Source: Trichoplax sp. H2 (lineage: Eukaryota). From it: DNA of 64,000 nt. The position numbers were made by a program, and so were the translations under genes. The stretch covers positions 1 to 64,000 of the forward strand of contig NOWV01000105.1 of NCBI GenBank assembly GCA_003344405.1. The letters run 5' to 3'. Below, in pieces: positions 39,101 to 51,100 of this stretch. The notes beneath the pieces are model-generated. The model was not told where the DNA came from and did no database searches. It saw nothing but the letters and a program-made list of their open reading frames with translations. Within the stretch, counting starts at the first letter, position 1; each line of letters opens with the position of its first letter.

Positions 39101-42100
39101 GCAACAATCGTTATTAAAATCGCACTCTAGGTTGGCTTCATAGCAATAGTTATTCTTGCACTTCTTTTGAGAGCCTGGACATGTAGTTGGTGGACTTGGC
39201 TTAGCACAGTTAGAAAACTGTAAGTCATCAATAGCAATATCTCCGGTGCTACCAAATCTTGTTGAACCTGTAAATGTTAATTGAAAGCCGGAGGCACATG
39301 GAGGAAGCTGGACAATAGCTTTTTTCCATTGATTACCTTGTGCACCGCTTAGAGTCCATAGTTGTCTAGATGTTAAAGTTGTAGGTGAGCCATAGTTTAG
39401 ACTTAGTGCGCCAATACTACTACCGTACATATGATACCAGAATGAAAATTGGCAGGCGTTACTTGGACTGCGGAAAATAGGACTGGCTAAGTAAGCTTCA
39501 TCATTGTTATTTCCGTTGTCTTTTTCAATGTACATATAATAACCGTTGGCAGTACCAGAAGTATGATCAGTGGATGGTCCTGTATTATTTGTTGGAGTTC
39601 CTCCTTTGTTACGCATCCAAACTAAATTACCTGATTTAGCTGGTGCTGTCCAACCACATGTTCCTTGCTCAAATGAACATGTTGCCGGGCATTTGTTTTC
39701 GTCAGAACGGTCACCGCAGTTATTTATAAAGTTGCAGAATAAGTTGGAATCGATGCAAGTATTGCTAGTAGTACATTTTTGCTGTCCTGTAGAACACCCA
39801 GGACTGGTTGGTTTAGGTAATGATAATGGTGTATTTGATATTTGGCAGGATGGTGTGAGCGAAATATCATCGATTGCAATATCACTATTAGTACTATTGC
39901 CATTTTTGCTTGTAAATACTATTTGAGCAGCGTTGGCGACATTAATCTGAATGGATGCTTTTCGCCAGATATCACCTTGGTTACCAGACATTTTCCAGAT
40001 TTGAGTAAGTGGTCCTAGCCATACAGAACGCAAGGATACAGTTAAACTGTCTATATCTTTACCATACATATGATACCAAAATCGGAACATGCAATTGGTT
40101 GAGGGTAAAACCGAAAAAGTTGATCTAAGATTGGCCGAGTACCGTTGATTACCGAAATTGGCATCGGAATACATGTATGTACCTTTAGAGGTACCTAAGG
40201 TGTGATCAAAATTAGGACCAGTTGTCGAAGAGAAAGAGCCACCAAGTTTTCTGTTCCAGTCAAAGTTGTCATCATCTTCATTTGCCCAGTCACACATAGA
40301 CGACTCAAAGTTACATCGTTTTTTATAATTATTGCAATTATTCTCGTCTGAGTAATCACCGCAATCGTTAGAGTAATCACAAACTTGTGATGGTTGTATA
40401 CATAGTCCATTGGCACATTGGAATGAACCGATATTACAGACTTGCGGTGGCGGAAATCGGCAATCCATAAACGAGATATCATCGACTGCCTGAACACTAG
40501 AAGTGCCGAACAGCGGCGAAAATGGGGGCTGGTATCTGAATCGTAATTGGAAGCCAGCATCACGATAACCTATGCCAATTGTGTTATTCCTCCAAGTTCT
40601 GCTTGTTGTACCATATCTTGACCACAGACTGGTACTAACACCATTACTTATTATGCTTAGTGATAAGCTTCCGCCACTTTTTTGATAATAGAAATATTGT
40701 ATTTTGCATGTAGCGTAAGCTTGTGGTAATTTACTACTGATCATTACTGATGATCTAGCAAAGAAGATAGAGCTAAGCGATTTTACATACATGTAAAAAC
40801 CAGATGACGAACCAGTAGTATGATCTGAAGCTGGGCCACCGATAACAGCACTAGCTCGTTTCCATTTATCATTTCCAGAGCTGATATCTTTCCATCCACA
40901 AGTACTAGTTTCAAAAGTGCAAGCTCCACAATTTGATTGATTCCAGCTAGCACATTGAGTAGCTGTTGAAGGTGTTGGGGTTGGTAAAGTACCAGCAATA
41001 GTAGTGTTTGGTGCAACGGTTGGTTTATAAATTTTACAATCGGGCGTAAATGATATATCATCAATGGCAATATCACCTTTAGAACCACCTACGGTAGCTT
41101 CGATAACAACTGAGAAATAACCTGTACTAAAGAATGAGACCTCAGCTCTTAACCAACTATCACCTTGATCACCTGATTTGGACCAAACTTTTTTCATAGG
41201 CGACAATGAAGAGTTAGTATATATATTTAAACTTCCAGTATTAGATCCGTACATATGATAATACAGACGTAATTTACATTTGCCAGTAAGTGTAGGAGCC
41301 CAGTAAGTTGAAGATATTTGAGCTTTTTCACCAGTTGTTTCAAAAGAGGAATCAATAGTTAGGTATTGTCCATAACTTGTGCCTAGGGTATGATCGCGTG
41401 ATGGACCTGTAGATGATGTAAATGTTGTACCTTTATCAAGCCTCCAATTGAAGTCATCGCTCTTAGATTGAACAAAAGTGCATAAGCCTTGTTCAAAGTC
41501 ACAACGAGTATATCCAAGTGTATTGCAATTGACTTCATCGCTAGAATCACCACAATTATTTGTAAAGTCGCAGATTGTATTGGTTGGAATACAGGAGCCA
41601 CGTTGACATCTAAATAAGCTAGAGCTACACGTTGGCTGAATTGGCGGTAATTTGCATTCATAGAAGGAAATGTCATCAATAGCGATATTAGATGGACTAA
41701 AGAATGAATTATCTCCTTCAAAAGTAAGTTGAAAACTGTTACTTCTAGCACCGAAATAAACAGTTTGAAGCTTCCATGTATTAGTAGTAATGCCAGTAAC
41801 AGATGCTAACTGCGTTTTAGGTGCCGGGTCTTCTTTCATATATAGCTCAACTGAACCAGTAACACTAGAGGAGACACTGTTACTTATGGAATACCAAAAT
41901 CGTATTTCACAAGCTGAACCAGTTGGGCTTAACTTAGGGCTAGTAAATTTAGCTGGCCCAAAGAATGCCTTATCGTCTGCTAATGCTAAGTAATACCCTA
42001 TTGCTGATCCTAATGTATGATCGATAGATGGTACTTTTTGTGAAGCAGGTGAGCCATAACGTCCTCGTATCCATTTGTATTCGCCATCATTGCCAATTGT

Positions 42101-45100
42101 ATATCCGCAAATACCGCTTTCGAAGTTGCATCGACCACACTTTGCTTCATCACTTGAATCTTTGCAATCTGAGATGTAATCGCATATCTTATTAGATGCA
42201 ACACAAGAATTATCATCCTTGCAACGGAATGCACAAGAATTTGGAGTTGGAGTTGGCGTAGTAGGTTGGCAGGCACCATTATAGATGCTGATGTCATCAA
42301 TAGCAATATCACTTTGCCTAAATGTACCTCTTACAGCTTCGAATACTAGTTGATATGCTTGAGTGTTACTTGGAACACTGATTTGAGTATATTTCCAGTA
42401 GTGTTGTTGATTTCCACTAATATTCCATAATTGGCTAGCACTATTGCCATACATCCACAAAACATTCAAGCTGCCCATATTTTGACCATACATAAAATAC
42501 CAGAAAGTCAAGCATCGCCCACTTGATGCTGGGAATACTTCACTCATAAGTCGTGCTTTGTTACCAGGACGGAGATTATCGGCATTCATAAAAGCATAAT
42601 AACCTTGTGGAGTGCCTAGCGTATGATCAACCACTGGACCGGTAGAAGATGTTGGAGTTGGTCCCTTCCAACGCTGCCAGTCAGCATTATCTCCTACCTG
42701 AGTATTCGACCATGAACATAAATCACTTTCGAAACTGCAACTGCCAGGTGCAGGACAAGCACCGTCTGTTGTGCCAATATCATCCAGAGCTAAAATACCA
42801 ACATTAGCGGATCCGCGTACAGCCTCAAGTACTATTGTGTACGATGTGCCACTTGAAATAGTTACTTGAGAAACTAGCCAATTACTTAGTTGAGTACCAC
42901 TTCTAGTCCAGATTTTATTCAATTTACCAAAACTCTTCGTATAGATATTGATGGATCCAACACCAGATCCAAAAGCAACATAATTGATCTTGAGACATTT
43001 TGGCCTAGTCGGTGGAAGTTGGCGTGATTCTAAGCGCGCATAATCATTTAATTGTTGATTTTCCATGACTGCATAAATGTAATGGCCAAATTGAGTTCCT
43101 AAGGTATGATCGATAGCAGGGCCAAGACCGTTGCTACTGTTACCATTACCAAAAGACCAGTCAAACATATCACTGATATCCTGAGAGTATCCGCAAAGGG
43201 TTGGCAGTTCAAATTCACATATTGGTTGTGGTGGGCACCCTTGATAGTTGAACTTGAGATCATCGATGGCAATGTCACTTTGGTAAGCAGAAAAACCATA
43301 AGGATGTGTCGATTCCAACACTAATTGGAAAGGTTGTGGTCGAGTAAATTCAAGGACGGCATGGCGCCAGACATTTCCAAGATTGCCACTTCTAGTCCAC
43401 AATGGTCCAGATCCATAATCATTTCCTACTTTGATATATAAATTTAGAGTGCCAATTTCTTCGCCATACATATGGTACCAAAATTGGAAGCACATAGATG
43501 CAGTAGGAGAATTTGGAGGAATTGAAGCACTAATTAAGCGTGCACGATCGTTTGCATTTCTAGAGGAGCCCTCCGAATAAGCGTACCAACCTCGATTACT
43601 ATTTAAAGTATGATCTACAGAAGGTCCGGTTGAAGAGGAAAATGTAGATCCTTGATTCCGAGTCCAATTGAAAGTATCGGTAGCAACATCTTGTTGCCAA
43701 TTGCAGAAACCATTCTCAAAGTTACAATCGAATAATGTTGGTGGCAAGGTTGGTGTTGGACCAGGTTGAGTTGGTGTTGGAGTTGGCTGCGATGAGCTAC
43801 TACAATTAGCCAAGAATGATAGATCATCAATAGCAATATCTACTTTCACCTGACCTACCACACCGACGACTTGAATAACGTAAGGTTGAGTGCTAGAATA
43901 TACAATCTGGACATTTTGCCATGTTCTTGAGGATGCAAGTTGGTTACGAATCCATAATAATGTACCAAATTGGCTACCTTGCCTCTTTATATAGACCGAT
44001 AGACTTCCTACCTTATTGGAGCTTGTGAAGAGGTCATAGAAGTGATACCACATGCTGAAGCAGCGAGAAGTAGTTGGGGGCAACATTTGACTTTGTAAAA
44101 TAGCTTTCGAACTAGTGTTAACATTACTTGCTTCCAAGTACATATATTTACCCGCCGATGTTCCTAGTGTGTGATCAGTAAATGGTCCAGTAAAGAATGA
44201 AGGTGTACTACCTCGATTAACGGTCCAGTCAAAGGTATCTCCAGTTCTAACATTTGTCCAAGTGCAAAGACCGTTTTCAAAATTACAATTGCCTGGTGGT
44301 GGACAAGCTCCATCGCGGAATTGTAAGTCGTCAATAGCAATGTTCCCATCTCCACTGGCAGTGCTTGCTTCAATAACCGCTTGCCATGGACTAGTTAATC
44401 CACTAAGTGTAGCTTGAGCTATATTCCATGTCGTACCTTGGTTACCACTTTGACTCCATACTGCGCTACTTAAGGTACCTTTTTCTTTACTGTATACTTT
44501 GAGTGTACCTGCATTACCAGTCATGCGATAGTAGAATACCAAGCACTTCTTAAGTTGAGCGGTTGCAGCTGGTGGAAATTTCGGCCCAACTAAAAGTGAT
44601 TTAGCATTGGGATTACTATATGATGATACATACATGTAATAACCGGTTGCGGTATTTGTTGTATGATCTGTTGGTGGTCCAGATCCTTGCTTATCGTTAC
44701 CACCTTTGGCACGAGTCCAGTTAAATGCATTAGCTTTATCTTGCATCCATTGACAGGTATTGATCTCAAAAGTGCAATCGACAGTTCTAGGACATTCACC
44801 ATCCTTGATTGCAATGTCATCAAGACCAATATCGCTCTGAAATCCGTTACCTCGAACTGCTTCGAAAACAAGTTGATATGGAGTTGTACTACTAATTTGT
44901 CGATTGCCTGATAACCATTGAGTTCCTTGAGTACCTGATTTCGACCAAACAAGTGTATCTTTATTGCTTTGGCGGAGATATATATTGAGAGTACCGAGAT
45001 TAGCTCCGTACATACTATACCAAAAGTACAGGCAACGACTTGATGATGCAGTGAGACTAGGACTAACAAGCCTTGCATAGTCTTTATTCCTTGCACCTGT

Positions 45101-48100
45101 TGCTTCAATATAAATATAGTAGCCATTTCCAGTAGTGTGATCGCCAGTTGGTCCTGTACCAAAGCTTGGAGTTGAGCTATTTCGTCTTATGAATTGGAGA
45201 GGTGTGTTGGGTTGATTAGTCCAACTACAAAAACCGTTAGTAAAATTGCAATCATTTGGCCCATTCAATGGTACAATATTACTTGGTGGTGGGAGTTCAG
45301 GTCCACATTGAGGCACTTTGCAGTATGCCCATATTTTACTGGGGTCAGTTGTGTAACACCATGGACCACCTGGCTTATTATCAGGATTACGGCAATAATT
45401 ATGATTTCCTATACCCATTGCTGAATAATTACTCGGCACAATGCTGTGTGGGTGAGGACTTTGCAGATTCCAATTTTGGCATGTAGTAGAATATTTTGTA
45501 CGAGATGATGTACCACGATAGCTATTGCCATTGCCGTTATAACAGTTAGTAGAGCAAATACCTGATGATACTGAGAAATCATCGATGGCAATATCACCTG
45601 AACTAGCACCTGCTGTTGTAGCTTGAACGATAATTCTAAAGATAGTTGAGCTACTGATAGTAACTAGTCCATGCTTCCAACCTACGCCTTGATTACCAGA
45701 GATTTGACCAATAACCGATATTGCACCATTTCGATTAAGAGATACCGATAATGTACCAATGTTCTCACCATACATATTATACCAAACGCTGAAACATGCT
45801 GCAGTTATGGGTAAGAATTGAGTGCTGACAAGTTGTGCTTTGCCATTAACAGCAAACTGAGTGTTAAGTAAATTACTACTTTGTATAAACATGTAATGAC
45901 CAAAGCGTGTACCAAGAGTATGATCAATTGAAGGTCCAGTATTAGCACTAGGGGTATCACCACTACCTCGGATCCAATTAATATCATTACTTAAGGAATT
46001 GGCCCAAGTACATAAGCTTGATTCGAAATCACAATCGGCCGGTCCGGGACAGGCACCTGCTGTAAGGCCAACATCATCTATGGCTATATCACCTTGGATT
46101 CCATTTCCGACACTGGCATCAAAGACTGCTCTCCAGCTGGATATATAACTTCTAAGCGTAACTCTACCATATAACCATTGATTACCTTGATTACCAGTAC
46201 GCCTCCAGCGTGGATTACTTAATGTGCCTGTTCCAGCGTTATTTAAGAACCTAATTAGGACTTGAAGGATACCAATGTTATTACCAGACATATGATACCA
46301 AAATGATAAACAACGTGAGCCTGGAGATTGTACAGGGCTTTGGATTCGTGCTTTATCGCCTCTGAATTCAAGTCCAGCATGAATATATAGGAAATGGCCT
46401 GATGATGTTTGAGTAGTATGATCAGTGGCGGGTCCAGTGCCTTGAGTAGGTGTACCATTGCTGCCAATATACCATTGAGCTTTTTCAGTAACATCGTTAG
46501 TCCAGCCACATACTCCATTGTTGGTTGCTTCGAAATCGCAAACATCCGATGGTGGACAAGCTCCTGGTGTGAAGGAAATATCATCGACAGCAATATCACC
46601 TTGGAAATTATTGCCAGCAATACCACGTAAACGAATAGAGTAGGATACTCCACTTGATACTGTTACTTGAGCTTTTTGCCATAGGTTACCTTGACTACCT
46701 TGTCGTCTCCAAATCATTATCCTTGATATATTGGACGTGGAATAATCTCTATCAATAAATGCTTCTAATGTATTGACTTTTTCGCCGTACATTTGATACC
46801 AAAAGCGGAAACATGTTGCAGATGTTGGAGCAATGAATGGACTATAAATATCTGCATAAGGTGCTGTACTTGAATTAGTGGCAGTGATGCTAGTACTATC
46901 GATATCGAGATAATATCCAAGGCCTGATGTATGATCGTATTGTGGCCCAAGTCCTACACTTGTTGTACTTCCTTTTCGCAAAGACCAATCAAAGTTGTCA
47001 TTTGTCGATTGTTTCCATAAGCAAAGATTACCGTTAGAAAAGTTACAATTATACGGTGAATTGCTAACCACAGCTGTCGGTTGTATCGGTGGTGGTAGAA
47101 CAGTGCCATTGCAGACGCCATCGTAGAAAGAAATATCATCTAGCCCAATATCACCTGTAAATCCATTGCCTTTGGTAGCTTGGAATATAATCTGGTAAGA
47201 GGTTGTAGCAGTAAATTGCACTTGACCCTGTATCCATACGTTACCTTGTTGGCCGATAACGTTAGCTAATAGTGTTTGGAAACCGTCACCAAGCATAAAT
47301 ACAGATAAAGCACCTACCGTAGTACCTCTCATATGGAAGTAAAATCGTAAACATCTTGCATTTCCAGTCGGTCTAAAAATCTCACTAATTAATTGCGCTT
47401 TTGCACGCGGAGCAATTTGACTATTTGATGTTTCGATATATGCATAATGGCCTTTATTAGTACCGAGAGTATGATCACTTTGTGGACCAGTAGCGATACT
47501 ATTTGTTGCGCCTGATGTAATTTCCCAATCAAATTGATCAGCTGCACCTTCGACATTACTCCATGTGCATAAGCCATTTTCGAAATCGCAACTGCCAGGT
47601 GGAGGGCATGGTCGGCGCAAGAATGCGATATCGTCTAGTGCAACATCACCAAATATTCCGTTGCCAACCACTGATTCGAATACAACTCTATAGGCATTTG
47701 GACTCCTCAGAGTAACTTGACCAATTTGCCATCTTGCACCTTGATTGCCAAAACGTTGCCATAGAGGAGTAGTTAATTGACTTTGACCAGCTGCTAACAT
47801 GTAAACATTTAATAGACCAACAGTGGATCCGTACATATAGTACCAGAACTGTAAGCAATTTCCACTGGTTGAAGCTTTGAGTGGACTGATAATTCGCGCT
47901 CGACTACCAGGTCGCTGTGGTGTCGAGGATTCAGCATAGATGTAATAACCTGTAGGTGATCGCGATGTATGATCTACACTAGGTCCTGTATTAGGAGTTC
48001 CTGTTGGACCTATTTTTCTTGTCCAATTAAATGTATCTCCCTGATCTTGAAGCCAGCCACACCAACCTTCTTGGAAATCGCATTCATCGTTATATAATAC

Positions 48101-51100
48101 GCAAGGTCTATCTAAGAATTGGACATCATCAATAGCAATGTCGCCTAAAAAGTTTGCACCGGTGTAACCCTCGAATGTAAAGTTATAGGGAATACCAGTC
48201 CTAATATTTCGTTGTGCTATCTTCCACTTGTCACCTTGTGGCCCAGAACGACTCCAAATAAGATGTCGAGCACCTTCGTCATTGCTAGCATAAACATCTA
48301 ACATGTTAACGCTTTGGCCATGCATCCAATACCAAAATTGGAAGCAAAAGAAGGTAGTAGGGTGAGCTTGTACAGTCGGTGGTTGTAAAATAGCTACTTG
48401 ATTAGGTTGTGTAAATGATGATTCAATATACATATAGTAGCCATTGCCGGTGGTATGATCATGTCGTGGTCCTGTACCAGTACTTGTTGTTGAGCCTCTG
48501 AAACGCCTCCATTTTAGCGAAGTATCCGATGGTTGCGTATAATTACATACACCTGTCTCAAATGTGCATCCATAAGGTAACTGTGGTGCTGGTGACGGTG
48601 TTACAATAGGCAAGTTGTTGACAGCGCAGCGACCAGGAGTGAATATGATATTATCGATGGCGAAATTTCCAGACATACCAGGACTCCTTTTGGCTTCAAA
48701 AATAATCTGGTAGGCTGTTGTTATACTATGAATAGTAATATTACCTTGCTTCCATTGATTCCCTTGAGCTCCTTTAATTTGGCTAAGGTAGTAAACTCGA
48801 CCAGTATTGCGTCGTCTGATGTAGACGGTTAAATCGCCAGGATTAGCACCATTAACATAGTACCAGAAGCTTAAACATTGGCCAGCAGTAATTGGCAAAT
48901 ATTCACTATAAAATCGAGCAAACTGTGTAGTAGTGACACCGGAAGGAGTAGTTGAATTAGCATAAATATAGGAGCCTGTATTTTTTTGGGTAGTAACATC
49001 AGTTGTTGGCCCACCAGTAAAGCCTGGCAGACTAGGACTAGTAATGATCCAATTAAAACTATCCAATAAACTATTGTAATAGGCACATAAGCCATTTTCG
49101 AAGGTACAACTTCCAGGTGGAGGACATGCGCCATTTACAATTCTAATATCATCAACAGCGATTGTATGTTTGGCGCCATTGCCAACGACGGCTTCAAAAG
49201 CAGGTATCCAACGATAATTGGCTTTAACGCTAACCCATGCATTAATCCATTGATTTCCAAGTGATCCAGTCATACTCCATAATGCAATTCCGTTGGAGGA
49301 GAATGTTGCAGCATAAAAATTCAACGAAGCGGTGGTATCGGAGCCATTCATATAGTACCAAAATTGAATACAAGTTCCATTGGTAGCGCTATAGGATGGC
49401 CCTTCAAGTTGTGCTTTATAACCAGGTGTTCTACCGGTTGTATCTGCATATCGATAAAATCCGTTGGCAGTTCCAGTTGTATGATCAAAAGGTGGCCTAC
49501 TGCTATTACTATTCATATTACCTCGACCACGTTCCCAAAAGAAATTAGCTAAAAATGAGAAATATCCACAAAATCCTCCTTCGAATGAACAAGTTTGTCT
49601 TGCAAATGGACAGAAAGTATCTGCTAGTTGAATATCATCCAGTGCAATAATTCCTTGCGTGTTTGGACTTGCAATAGCATCGAATTCAATTTGATATACA
49701 TTAGGTGATACAATTGAATATCGATCATAATGCCATTGATCACCTTGTGAGCCGCTTCGAGTCCATATTAATTGTCGTACTTTAGTATTATTGACATAAG
49801 AAGTCAAGTAGACATTTAATGTCTGTACATTGGATCCCCACATGTAATACCACCAACTATAGCAAGTCCTACCAGTTGGACTAGCTTTAGGTCCTTGTAG
49901 AACTGCAGTAGCGTTAGCAGTAGATAATGTCCTGACAGAAACATAAGAACCTGCAGTACCTTTATGATCCGCCTTGGGGCCATAAGTAACCGTAGCACCA
50001 GCTTTCGTTAATGTCCAGTTATAATTGGATGAGCTTGCTTGTGTAAATCGACAGTAGGATTGATTGAAATCGCAACCATATTCACCAGCAGGGAAAGTTG
50101 GAAGTGGAGTTGGAACAGATGTTGGCAGCACAGTACCAGTGCAAGCACCTCCTGTCAAGGTGATGTCATCAATTGCAATGTCACCAGAAAATGTTACACC
50201 ACGCTTGCCTTCGATAATGATATTATAAGGAGCAAAACTGCTAATTGTAGCTTTGCCATTCTTCCATTGATTACCTTGAGGGCCATTTAAGTGTCCAATA
50301 AGTATTTTATTCTCTCCCTGATCGACGTATACCGACAATGATCCAACAGCTGCTCCACTCATATGGTACCAAAAACTGAAGCAACGGGAAGTTGTTGGTG
50401 GGAATTTTTGACTAATCAAGCGTGCAACATCACCTTGTTGTTGACTAGAAGCTTCAAGGTAGAGATAAGTGCCATATCGATTGCCTAAGGTATGATCACT
50501 TGTTGGGCCAGTATTAAATGATGGTGTACTTCCTCGTCCTTGAATCCAATCAAATTGATCGGTATTTCGATCATTAATCCATGTGCACAAGCCGTTTTCA
50601 AAATTGCAATTTCCTGGTGTCTGGCATGGGACATTGCTGATATCCACATCGTCAATGGCGATATCACCAAGGTAGCCTTGACCAACAGTTCCTTCAATCA
50701 CTACTCTAAACGGCATATTACTATCGAGCGGCACCTGACCTGGCAACCACCTTTCTCCATTATTACCTGATTCTGTCCATATAGGCTGGCTAATAATGTT
50801 ATTTTTAATGATATAAACTGATAAACTACCAATCGTTTGGCCAAACATAAAATACCAGAAATTTAAACATTTTGGTCGAGCAATAGTTGGTGAAATTTCT
50901 GGACTAATAATGCGTGCTCGATCATCTGGACGTCTTGGCAATGAAGTTTCGATATACAAATATTTTCCTAGGACAGTACCAGTTGTATGATCTGTCCTTG
51001 GGCCAGTTTGATCGCTTGGTGTATTACCTCTACCTAATGTCCAATTGAATTGATCATTTGTAATTTGCCGCCATCCACATAAGTCATTCTGAAAAGTGCA

